From NCBI GenBank assembly GCA_002189035.1, contig NEEC01000010.1, positions 620,001 to 684,000 of the forward strand: a stretch of DNA of 64,000 nucleotides. The letters run 5' to 3'. Each line of letters opens with the position of its first letter. Within the stretch, counting starts at the first letter, position 1. A program made the translations under genes and the position numbers. This DNA is from Utricularia gibba (lineage: Eukaryota; Plantae; Magnoliophyta). Under the pieces are notes generated by a model. The model was given only the letters and a program-made list of their open reading frames with translations, did not search any database and was not told the origin of the DNA. This document shows, one piece after another, positions 49,901 to 62,468 of this stretch.

Positions 49901-52669
49901 ATGCATATAGCTGCAGGAACATGAAAGAAATCAGGATACATAACCATGAATTGCAAACATCCATATACAGTTACAAGACTTAACGGTTTTCTCCGTGAAG
50001 CCCAGCCAGCATGACTTTCGAACTGGGATGGACTAACCTGCCCAGTTGTGGGAGACAAAAGGATTTCAAGCATAAGCTAAAATAAATGAAGATAATTAAA
50101 CACCTTAAATTAAAAAAAATGGCTGGTTACCAAACTGCTACAGCAGTGGCATATTATCCCACTTCCCATTTTATAGCCATCCCGAAGTTTCTACAGAACA
50201 TTAATAGGATCAAAACATTGCAAGCAAAACGAACAACAAGTCCAGCTCTTGTATCACCTTGCCGTTAGAGTAATATGCAACTTCAGTGCCATCTGGCAAC
50301 CCACCATCCTCAAAGACTAACTTGTGCATCCTCTGATCCCTGAGCACATAGAGTACAGATTAGAAGATCAAAATAGATTAAGCAATGAAAAGTCAACATG
50401 AGATCTATGAGTAATATGTTGCTACGAACTTCTTAGTAATCTTCAATACCAACTGCGCAGAGTCTGATGCTGCATCATCTTTCAAGGATTTGAGAACTGA
50501 TTTCGTGCTAGATAACCTGAAAACATAAGTTGGGAAATTTGATGGAAACTCATAGTTACGCAAATATATATGAGAAGAATAGGACCAACTTCTTTAAGAT
50601 CTTCGTGCAAGCATTTTTCTTCATTGTGCCATGCAAGGATGTACTACCATTTGAGGTTGAAGCTAGCGATACTTCAGAGTACGTCAGCAAAGTGCTACTG
50701 GGACACTCCACATGAGAAGCAGACAACGGAAGGCTTTGGGACGTAAAACAAACCAAAATACCCATCATTACAAATTCGAAAATCTAGTTTATCAGTAACC
50801 AGAATGTAAGCAGAAGACAAAGAACCTCTTTCTGATCTTCCATCTGCTCTTTTTCAAGCGACCCAGTAAAGCAGATTTAGGTTTTGTTGTTGTCAAATCT
50901 AAATTCCTGAAAATGCGTAATGTGAACAAACAGAAAAGGGAAATAACGCAATAAAAATAGAAGAAAAAGCCGTCTACACACTTTCTTTTTCTTCCCCTAC
51001 GATCCCTTCGTTGCTGGGCATCATGTACGTCACCACTACTGGGAAATGCTAACCCCATATGCGGCTCCAATGAACTGAAAGCACACCAACACACCCAAAA
51101 AAGCAATGTATCTTAACATGGCAAATCAAAATCCAACACCCACGACATGGCAAAACATAACAAAATTATCAACAGATAGGCCTAGCGAATAAAAAAAATC
51201 ATCACATGCATATATAAAACTCAAAAGTTCAAGGAAAAAGAAAACAAACCAAGCAGATCTGATGAAAAGATACCTGGATTTTACGCATTCCACGTCAAAA
51301 TCAGAATTCGCTATTATCAAGCAAGAGTCACAAAGCAGTTCAATTTTTCCATTTGAAGTAGCAAGAAAAGATCCTAGAAACCGAAACACATTAACGAGCC
51401 ATTAGAAAAAAGTATGGCTTATATACAGGGAAATTATCCAAGTTGGTAAATATTGCAAGTCATTATTTATACTACTCACTTCCACACTTGCCGCAGATGA
51501 CAGACTCCTTCACAGGCCTAGGCCCGACGAAGCATTGTATTATTTCTTCTAATGATTTTGCAGAAGATTTACGGCATTCCTTGACAACGTCTAACAAACT
51601 TTTCCCATTTTCTAAGCATATGTACTGTGATGCACGCCTATATGTTCGACAGGCATGAATCTCAAATTGACACGGTGGAACAACCTGTAAGGAAAAAAAT
51701 GAATTTCTCCCTCAAAAATCTGATGACTGAAATGACTAGAGCACATGTTCGCACACTCACCCTAGTTCCCCGGCACAAAATACAAGTACAGAGTATTCCA
51801 GCATCTTTTATGGTTCCACGCAATGGGAATCCCTAAAAAAAAAATGCACGAACAAGTAATGAAAACATCGCGCTTCTACGATGAGGAGCATGGAGTCATG
51901 TTTTATGATGAAAGTTACTGATAACGAGACATCCAATTTGGATTCAACCTATTGACGGTGTAGCGAGTATTTTACTAAAGGGGAAGATGAAAATGATGAC
52001 AAGAAGGATTTTCGCTAACCCTCTTTCCGCCGTTATAGAAAACAGGGTATCCTTCAAGCAGCCCAGTCTCAAAAAGCTCCCTTACTGTCGCTGGACGTCC
52101 TTTAAAAAGTATTCTTTTAGACACCTTCATCGCTATCTTCCTTGTTTCCCCATTATCAAGCACCGTTACTTGTGGACTCATCACATCCTCCGCCTCCACG
52201 ATCACCGTATCCCTTAAATTGTCAGAATTCCCATCTTGCACCTGGATTCCTCATCCTTGGGCTCAAGCACAGTGCGAGCAATCCTCGTAGGTCCATCTCT
52301 TTCAACCAAAAGCTCTTCCTTTACCTCGATTTCCATCATCTGCCCCTCTTCCTCCTTAATGAATACTTCGGAAGTTAACTGTTCAACCACTTCCCCGCCC
52401 ACATTCCCTCCCATAATATGTACAGCATTGCTACCTAAAATTCTCGAATCATCCTGGAGTTTATCCAATGAACTATCCGCACCTACTCTCGTACTCTTTA
52501 ACCGCTTAGTCCTCGTATAAACAACGAAGCCTTTCGCCTCAGTCGCCCTAACCCTCGACGCATAGTACTGATCCAGCCAATCGGAGTCGTCATAATCGGG
52601 ATCAGGTGACTTGGCCGCTGCCTTCGAGCGACCCGAACATTCGAATTCGGATTCGAAATCGGGCTTCAT
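46959..52669 (-). CDS. PHD-finger/Tify-binding-domain/GNAT acetyltransferase protein (IDM1-related family, At2g36720-like), multi-exon
   Basis: ATG 52669 (MKPDFESE). [61 protein letters not shown], second [41 protein letters not shown]. Last exon ends ...[11 protein letters not shown] 46959-46961. Confidence 0.92.
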
Positions 52670-54744
52670 AGTCCCTTCTCGCCTGCAGCAAACGCTTTCA
52701 GACCTCAACCTCACTCACGGCAACGGCACACGAGACACTGACCGCAACTCCTGGAAGTTGAATGCATTCAACGGGGTTTTATTTCGCGGTGGGATGTCAC
52801 GGGGAACCCTCGGGATAGAGAGAGGAAGACAGCAGTAGCGGTGGCAATATACCTTTGGTTCTCCCAGTTCTGTTTTTCTTTTCTTTTTTCTTTTTATTTC
52901 ATAATCTGACAAATTTACCCAATAAAGCACTATGCTCGCAGTTCAATGATTTGGACGGCTATCATTGGTTAATTTCTGAAAAAAAAATATTTTTTTAGTT
53001 AGTTGAAAAAAAAAATATATAAAAAGGTACGGTAAAATCCAATTCCACTTTATATCCACAACGTTCACCCTCAAATCTTATTTCGGGAATCCAAAGAAAA
53101 ATAAAATACTTTCATTCTATAAAAAAAAAATTAAAAAGAACAACGTGGGCATGCGAATGCATTTAAATACTATTTCATATTCCAATAAATTCATTTTCAA
53201 ATACATTTTACAAAAATACCCTTAAAAATCATCTATTTTTTTCCAAAAAGATGAATATTCCCAAAATCCAATTTAGCAATCTAACATGGCTTTGGAATAC
53301 TTACCATTGGCAAGTTGAGATTTCATTGATAATCTCTTTTTTATTTTGATAAATTTTTCCATATAATTTTCTTGATTTCTCCCTTATCCGGGAAACTTTG
53401 CGAAGATCTATCAGTCGCACTTCTCATTCAATGCCACATATTTTTATATGATATGGGTCAATTATCAGATGATTAAATATTTTGTTTTTGCAGGTTTGAA
53501 ATGCTACCAATTTGAATTACTTTCAATTTAATTTTTATTTCTTATGAATTTACTAATTTGAATGAACATGTGGAGTTGAAGGTTAAATACTTTTATGTTG
53601 ATAAATTTTGTTTGATCCTAATAAGTTATTTTGTATAGTTTCAAAATACGTTTTTATCCACTCTTTAGAATTTTTTTATTTTATTCTCTATGTTTTCATT
53701 AAATTTTATTGATTTTATATCTTTCATACTAATTTAATTTTTTGGAAAACAAATTGTATTTTTTAGATTACTATTATATTTTTGGATTAATTTTGGAAGA
53801 AATTATAAATAAAAAATTTAAAATTTAAATAATGAATGTTCAAAAAGATGTTCATGAATGAAATGATCCGAAATTTAAAATTTAAATAAAAATTTGAAGA
53901 TAATCTTGAAAGATTTAAATAAAAAATAAATAGAGAATTTTATTCCAATACATCAAACAAGCTCAATAGAAAATTCGATCTTATCTTCTATGAATACTAT
54001 CATAAAATTCTTTTGATCATTTTTCTTTTTTATTTTTCAGATTTTTATATTTGTTTTCATGTTAGAGACAAACATGTATATATAAATATTTTTTGCTAAG
54101 AATATATAGTAAAATCTTACTTATGTAAATACTTGTATGTGTGATTATTTTACTATATTTTTTTATATTTAATTTGAATTTTGATTTAATTTTCTCATTG
54201 TTTTTTTGTCAACATGCTATTGATCAATGCAAAACCCAAAGAGAATGTGAGAAAATTCAAATTGGTCTCAAACACCTAAATAAAGTGGTTCAATCAAACA
54301 TAGTTATCAAAGCACATTTGATGTATCTATCTACAAGGGTATGAACTATAAGGGCTAGGATTAAATTTGGGGTAAACATTGATTATCATATGAGGTAAAA
54401 TGATTCTAAGGACATAGTTAATTTTATAATCTTACAAAATGAGAGACGGTATTATAACAATTATTGAGTAGTATTAATACTCAAAATTTATATAAACAAG
54501 TTATTTCCTGATGTTTAAACACATACAAAGAATCAAGTGGAGATTAACCTAATGTAGATACATAATGATAAATTTGTTAGCATCATTTATATAGACTTGG
54601 ATTTTGACTATTAAATGAAAAATATCATCCCCTACTTGTATATGAGACTGTGTCCAATGATTTTTATTGTTCAAGAAAACTAATTTTCAAACTCCATGTA
54701 TATGCGTTATGTAGGATATTTTCTACCACAAAGAATTTGAGTAT

Positions 54745-55925
54745 CCCTTACTAGGGTGCATCCCAACATCCCAGACTTTACAAATCCTAAAAAAGGTACA
54801 TAATGGGGTATACAATGTACATTTTAAAGAGCAATTATTGACCTTAAAAATCATAAGGTATAGCTATCATTAGTCTACCATGGCAAACATAAAAGAGTAT
54901 CTTGAAGTATAAAACCTATCAATATGATCAATTTCGAAAATTGATATTCTTGAACTAATTTGCTTTGACACTAATATAGCGATGTTTTTGGGTCATCACA
55001 ATAGAATACTTCACTCAATGGACCTAGGTAAAGGTCATGACATCTGTCATAAAGAAAACAATGAAGTTATTCCTAAGAAATAATCTCATTTTTGGGTTTA
55101 TAATGTCTAATCTTGGTATAGATAATGGTACATGGTTCACAAGGTCACAAAGTGAAGCATTATGTGACTAGGTGATAATCCACCACAATTATTTTTATAT
55201 GTGATGGGTATAAACCGGATCGGGATAATCGTCCACTAAAAAAGAGTCAAAAGGTGCCCTGATAAATTGACATAGGTCGACAGACCAATGTGTTAGAGTT
55301 TATTAGCAGCGACCATTTTGGACAGTTTGAAAAGTAACCGAATTACGGCAATAACAGAAAAGTTGGTAGTTATCCAAAAGCAGGACTATAGTAAATACAG
55401 TAGGCGTAAAAAGTAGCCGACATCTACAGAATTTAAAATTCGGTCAGACAAACTTCTTCTATAAATATAAGAAACCCTGAAAAAGAAAAGGTTGAACTCC
55501 AAGCCTTTTAACTTGTATTTTTTCTCCTTCCCTATCTAGTGAGACCATTTTATGGCGAGTCCCGACAACTTCGTGATTTTTCCGTTCTCCAACGATTCCC
55601 ATGTTAAAATCCCTATCTTTCTTCTTTTCTATTAACCATATCGCATCACACAAAACGTTGAAACCTTAATCGGATACGATACGTTCGGCTGTATCCCTGA
55701 CCCGAAAATTGGTCCCCACCACAGTACCGATTTTCAACCACAACAATATCTCTCAATACAAAAACAGACAGATTGATTGAGAATTCCAATAAGAATATCC
55801 TTGATGATCTAAAGAAAAACTTGGATAACCTTGAGAGTAATTGGTTAGATTTTGTTCAACAAGTCTTGTAGGAATACATGCTTACCTCAACAACTACTAC
55901 TCGAGAGACATTGTTTATGCTAATG
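54745..55925 (+). pseudogene. Ancient Tat-type integrase remnant, split by a solo LTR
   Basis: PLLGCI..ILKKVHNGVYNVH..KIIRYSYH*STM (zinc-binding region), ITIEYFTQW, and after the LTR NSNKNILDDLKKNLDNLESNWLDFVQQVL*EY...RET, resembling TNKTILxGLKKRL...WVDELPxVLWAYRTT. Confidence 0.65.
55202..55745 (+). mobile_element. 544-bp solo LTR related to the Tat LTRs at 27886 and 32751
   Basis: TGATGGG...CAACA, collinear with 32751-33297 (547 bp). Flanks ATATG/ATATC (4/5 TSD match). Confidence 0.8.
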
Positions 55926-56220
55926 TAAAATTGATCCCCTCAACAACTTGCATTATATAGTGTTATTTGATTGTTAATTATTAATATGATCGAATATAAA
56001 TTTACTATTTATTTTGAACATGTTTGTATATTATCATCAATATTTATTTGTATATGCATTATTTATTTTTTACTACACGTTATTAATCGATTCAAATAAA
56101 AACTAAAAAATAAATTACTAATGATAAAGTGATAGGGAATATTTTACAAACTACGTAAAAAATAAGGTATCTTATAAATTAATTTTTGTAAAATTGGTAT
56201 ATCACCAAAGAAGCCAAATA

Positions 56221-56570
56221 GCCTTCAATGCTCCTAACTTTTAGTTTTTGCATTGTTTGATTTAGCGGAGTTGCTGAAAATGGGAAGAAGGTTCGATTTT
56301 AGTGTGGGTTGTGCAAAAGGTTTGTGATTTATCCTTCAAATTTTCATTTGTTGAGGTTTTGGAGTTTGAAATGGGGCGATGTGGGGGTGCGGCAAAGCAA
56401 CTATAATCTCTTGCTCAAGATCCCGATGATTGCAGATCGCACCATCGATAAAAGCACCCTCCGCAGTTTCTTTTCCAATCTTATTGACGGTGATCTTACC
56501 CCCATCCACAATCGATATAAACATCCTTTCTTCTAGTCAATTTTCCTGCTTCCATCTCAGTTTTTTCTAT
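56221..56570 (+). pseudogene. Partial duplicate of the RabC 5' UTR, exon 1 and start of intron 1
   Basis: Collinear with 62321-62665 (CTTCAATGCTCCTA..., GGAGTTTGAAATGGGG, TTTCCAATCTT.TTGACG.TGATCTTACCCCCA, TCAATTTT.CTGCTTCCA). Frameshifted; splice donor lost. Confidence 0.88.
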
Positions 56571-56840
56571 TCCAATATGTTACCGCATTTTCGGTGCTCA
56601 CTATGCGAGTAACATGTGTAGCACACTCGTTGAACTAGTTTTCACATCTCGATTTGGAAGTTTGGGTCAGGGGCATTTGCAAGAAATGCTTCGATGAATA
56701 CTGCGCTGTGGGGTAAGAAATCTAAAAGATAATAATTACCCTGCTATTCTTACATTTGGATCTTCCTTAGAATGTATCTTTCCTGAGATAATTGACCTTT
56801 TGCTCAGGATTCGTATCGAACTCTTTTGACTAGCCGCAAA

Positions 56841-59800
56841 TTATGACCAAATATGCGTATCATCCATCTTCTTCCGCTTCTTTTTTGCCCTCTTTTGCTT
56901 TTCTTTGTTCAACACTTCCCCAGCTGCGTGTTGTGAGCGGATCTCCAACAATTTGGTTTTTGCCTCCCGAAATGGTGCATCAGATTTTGCAGCCATCAAT
57001 TGCTATAACAATACCACATATTAAATACATGTACAAAAATCAGAATCAAGATGGGGTGAGTTTAATCACCTTTATGTGACTCATTGCTGCCAAATTGTAG
57101 CCTAATGTATCTTTGCATTCCTGTCCATTAAAACAACGAGTGTATTAGCTGAGTTCCAACTATGATTTCCCTGGCAATGGTATAAAAAAAATTATGATTT
57201 TCCTTCCACAAAGGGGATCAATGAGAAATCTTTGTTCCAGTTCAATTTCAGATGACATTTCATTGGTTCTATAGGTGATAGAGACAAAAAGTTGCAGGAT
57301 AAACATAAAAATACAAAATGTTCACTGGTTCTAGACAATTTCACCCAGCAAACAAGCGTGCCACTCCTTAACTGTGAGTGTATAATAGCATAAAACATAA
57401 ACATTCTCATCAGAAAAATTACCCTGACTCTGGCATGTAAGATATCTTTGATAAGAGACAGGAGGGGCCTGGCAGATGGGGTAGAAGTGAGCTGATTGTG
57501 ATGGATCTGAGACAGTACAGTTGCCAAACGACTGACAAGCTCAACCTGGAAAATGGCTCTTTGATTAGAAGACTGGAAAAGGCCACAGCTATCGAGGCAA
57601 ATACCAATTGGCAAAGGACATATAACCTTATCCGGGAAAATGATCCAGTCTTTGAGGTAAGGCAAGAGCCTTAAAGAATCAGAGAACGGAAGAGCCTGAA
57701 CGAAAAGTTTGAGCAGTTTAAGTATGCTTCTTATTCCAAAAGCGTAATAAGGGGAAGCAGGGGTGACAATGGCCCAGCTTTCCAGCACTAACTAGCACTT
57801 CTAGATGACGCCCACCACCAATTAACAAACGCAAGGAAAAAGACAGAAATGAATGCACTCATTTACTAGCAACACAGGGCAGCTTCATTTACGCATGCAA
57901 ACCTTCACAATGAATATTGCCAGAAACTTACTAGCAATGCTTGCTCCAATTCATTGGTGTGAACATTGGATACTGCACGAAGAACATAATCAGATCGAGA
58001 AAGTCCAAGCATTATAGTGCTTAGCCTCAAATTCACAACTTTCCCCTTGGACTGCTCTTCCTGAAAACATCATTACGGATTAAACTTTGCACTAAGAGGC
58101 AGCTATTTTTTCATATTCAACTATTTGCAACGAAGCTTACAACACAAAAACAACTCAAATGAATTTAACAATTCATAGTACAAAATAAATGTTTCAACAA
58201 CCACCTCATATTCAACTGCTATGTCTAGTGCTTCCATTATGGAATCAGCTGCAGTCAGAGACTCTGCTGTTTTTTTCCCAGCTAAGGCAACAACACCTTC
58301 CTCAGGAAGTTCCTCTTTCCTAGGATATTTACTCTCAAATGCATTATCAATATCAGATTCAAACATTTCCTCCAATCTTTTTTCTTTCTCTTCCTGAAAA
58401 ATTCAGCCCATTACTACTGATAAATAGCAGAAGTTCACTAAAATATTGGTATTGGAGATCCTTGTTCTCAAAAGGTGATTTTGAAAAAAATACACACCTC
58501 AATAAAAAATGGCTCTTCTGTGCGATCCCAGCGGCGAAGAGACATATCATTAGATCCCGTTACCAGGAAATCACCACGACTACTGATAGCAATGCACCAG
58601 ATTTCAGAATGATGGCCCTCCAGCGTTAAGAGCAACTCAAATTTATCAGCATCCCAGTACTTAACCATCCGATCTTTTCCAGTAGTGAAAAAGTAATGCG
58701 TGCTCTTCACAAATTTAACACCAGTGATACTGGAAACAATGTGTTACTGAATAAGCGCTGGTGATTAGAATTTAAATTACAAAAGTCAAAAAGATTGATT
58801 ATGTACCTATCAGCGTGAGCAAACAGGGACTTGTGGCAATCACCAAAATCCAGCCCCCAAATCTTCACGTTTTTGTCAGCTGACCCCGTCACAATCAAGT
58901 CACAATCAGATGATATGTCCATGCATAGCACGTTCAGCTTATGGCCATACAAGGAAAGGTAGAACTTCAGAGAATCCAGGAAAAATACCTACATTGAAAA
59001 AGATGCAACAAAAAGAATGAAATCAACATGAAATATCAGGAATGCTACTCATACATTCATAAATTCCATAAAAATAGAACAATAAGAAAATCATTTCGTT
59101 CATTGAGCAGTGAAATATCCAGGTCTGTCTGGTATTAATCGATGACCTGCTGCAGTTTTGAGAACAAAAAAACTTGATAACAAATGGTCATAAAAATAGT
59201 AAGCAGTTCAACCTTCACAGTGAAATCTAACAATGCAACAGCGACATGTTTCTCATCTGGACTAACGGCAATCGCATCAACATCATCATTCATTTCCATT
59301 TTCCTCACCAGGGACACTGTAGGGTGCCTGTTACCCTGTGTAAAGGGTCACGTGATAATGAGAATGATTTCAGTATCAGGAAGCCTAAAGGACTTGAATA
59401 TAAGACAACAAGAATAGCTTTGATAAATTCTAGTTCTTACTTGATCACTTCCATGAACAATTTGATAATCCCAAAGCTTGACAACCTGGTCTGCGCTCCC
59501 TGTGATGAAACCATCTGCCACTGCCACAATAGAACGTACAGCACCACCATGAGCTTTAACTACTTCCACACATATACCGCTACGTACATCAATAATTTCT
59601 AGAGTCCCATCTTTTGTGCCAATGATTGCATACTTATTTCCTGGGACAAAAATACCATACTGCCCAGATCCCGAAATAATGGTTCGGAGACAGTCCCCCG
59701 TGCTAGGATTCCAAATTTTAGTAGAGCTATGACTAGTTGACATCAAAAGAGTATTATCTGAACTAAGGGTGAGACTCCTCGGCTGAGAACGATGTCCTTG

Positions 59801-61344
59801 GAGTTCAATAGAACATGTCTTGGTTGCAGAAGCACTCTCAATTGCATATACTTCGAATAAATTATTGTTTAATGATAACGCTAAAGTTGCTAATGAACCT
59901 TTATGAGAAATGGGACAGAAAGATATAGAACATATTTTCCTCTTAACTCTGATGATATGAAGAGCCCTGAAAACATCATTAACTGTAATAGAGAAATCCC
60001 TTTCCTCTTCAACTACAGCATGATAAACTCCATTACCAGTCGCCTCATTTTTATCTCTCTGAGATTTTTTCTCCTTTCGTAGGATTCTGCGTTTTGCCTT
60101 ATGTTTAGATTCAGAGTCATCCAATACCCGGAAAAGTTCTACCACCGTCCCAGCAACTTGGCATGCCAATAAATTACCAGTCTTGGAAAAGCATAGAGTT
60201 GAAACTCTATCCTTACTCTGACGCTGTAGATCACCAAAGTGTTTCAAGACTATCCATTTCTTCCCCGTCAAAGCAGATTCATTGAGATTAGCAGAATCAG
60301 ATTTGTTAAGTTCAGACTTTTGATCGTTGATCTCATTAACAACCGAATACAATCTAACCTCTGGATCGGCAGATCCTGACACAAGATATCTTTCGTTTGG
60401 GTCAACATCTATAGACCAAATTTCACTATGATGACCACCAACAATCTGAATGCACTGCTGAGTATCAAGATCCCAAACTCTCAAAAATTTGTCCTTTGAT
60501 GAACTCACCAATTTTTTACTGGAATCCAAGAAACGAAGGTCAGTGACCTACAAAAAGGCAGACAGAGGAAAACAAGAGGGTTAAATTGCCAGGGATTAAA
60601 ATTACACAGAAACACAGCAGATCAGTCTTTGGTGACACAATAAAAAATGGATCATCCCCCAGGGTGTACACAGACCTGGTCCCGATGACCTTGAAAGCGA
60701 AAAAGACCAGCTTCAGCAATAGCATCCCATAAAATAATGTCACAGTCTTTGCTCCCGGAAGCTAGTAAAGACCCCTGATTATTGTATCGAAGTATCGTCA
60801 CAGCGCCCCTGTGTCCATTAAATGTTGCTTCACACGTTCCCTTTTCACAGTCCCATATTCTTATACTGCCATCGGAATAGCCACACGCAATCTGCAAACA
60901 TTCGCATTCTAATGGGTACAATAATAACATTAGAGAAGTAAAAAGTGCATCACCATCCTGTATTTCGGTTAAACTCGACAAAAAAACTTGCAGATTCAGC
61001 TTCAGAATCAGAAAAACATTTTAACAGACCAATTCAAAATTCTAGCAGTGTCCCACTATCATACTGAAGAAATACATCACATGACACTTGACGCTATCAC
61101 AAACCACAGAAGACGAAGAGGATGCAATGGAGGAGACAGCAATTGAAGCAGCGCGAGAAGAGGATGAAGGAGATGGAGATAGAGTCCTTGTGCAGATTCC
61201 CTGACGCACGTTCCACACGCCAAGTTTTTCAAGCGCACCCGCCAAAAGTTGCCTCCCAGTACTGTCGTATGTTATGTTACAATCCCTCGAAACTATTACG
61301 CCGAAGGACGCCGCCTGCTCGTACCTCAGGTATGCCTTCACCAT
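56841..61344 (-). CDS. UTP12: U3 snoRNA-associated WD40 protein UTP12/DIP2 (WDR3), multi-exon
   Basis: [17 protein letters not shown] start, many WD40 repeats (GHRGAV, GHRDQV, GHHSEIW, GHRSQPR, GHKLNV), Utp12 C-terminal [20 protein letters not shown]-like KKKRKK. TAA at 56841-56843. Confidence 0.95.
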
Positions 61345-61433
61345 TCTCTTCGTCAGGCAGGTATCCCCGGTGGTGACGTAAATTCCATCAGCCCATTAGA
61401 ATATGGACGTGGTAGCCTGGAGATGACGATGTG

Positions 61434-61580
61434 AGGGTTTTTAGGGTTTTGCAATTTCTGGCTGACTTATAAACCAGTTTACATTTACAATCACAGGCTC
61501 AAACACACACTGGGCTTATTTTATGTTTCAATGAAAGCCCATTCATTCAAACGAAAAACTGCTGATGTGACAGGCCCAAT
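61434..61580. promoter_or_regulatory. Telo-box (AAACCCTA) and site II elements in the UTP12/RabC divergent promoter
   Basis: TTAGGGTTTT at 61440-61449; TGGGCT 61511, AGCCCA 61536, GGCCCA 61573. This combination is typical of ribosome-biogenesis genes. Confidence 0.7.
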
Positions 61581-62468
61581 AACACACAGGAAGTTCCGGT
61601 GCACATCTGTGAGCCAGCTCGCATCACCTAAGCATTCAGCCAGAATCCAAGTCTAATCTGATAAAACCAGCCCAGTGCGAAGAGTTTGGAAGCAGTCATT
61701 TCTGATCGTGCCTATGGTCAACTCCACTTGTTATCCCACTCACCATTGATAACAACAATGTTTTCGGTTGATAACAACAGCCCAGCGCGAGGATGCTCTG
61801 TTTTTGCTGTGTTCATGTTGTGTGTTCTGTTTTTTTGAAAAGGAAGCAGTGCGTTGTTCGTTCATTTTCGCTTGAGCAAAGTATGGTTTTGTCAACATCA
61901 TCATTCGATCAATTACATATACAAACGTAGAAGGTCAGTGACTCCGGTGAGAATCATTTGTTCGATCCAACACTAGGTACTGCAAGTGCAACCTCGAATA
62001 TTCTGGAGTTTTACATCTGGCTAGCTGATGTAGTAGGGCCTTGGAACTGGAACAGTGGAAGCCACCGAGGCCCCAATTTACACCTGTGGAGTGGACAGTG
62101 TCAAACTTTAAACTTTATTACAGGGTGGCCCGTTGCCGTCGGGCCAGGGCCACCGGGAACCAAGAAAACGGTGGAGGAAGCATTCCGATTCTGTAGCAGT
62201 GAGCAGAGAAGACAAGGAAAGAAAAGAACGGCGTAACCGTTGCACCATTTTCTCTATCTATGCAAATAATCAGGATGTCGCTATTGGGCATTTCGATGCC
62301 TTTTCACCGGAAGTAGACAGTCTTCAATGCTCCTAGCTTTTAGATTTTGCATTGCTTGATTTCGCGAGTCGCTGATAAGGGGAAGAAGGTTTGGTTTTAG
62401 TGTGGATTGTGCAAAGGATTTGTGATTTGTCCTTCAAATTTTTTGTTTGTTGGGGTTTGGAGTTTGAA

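Noticed and set aside
57192-57788. 198-aa minus-strand ORF as a separate gene
   Set aside because: It is read-through across UTP12 exons and introns; only parts ([17 protein letters not shown] etc.) are true exons.
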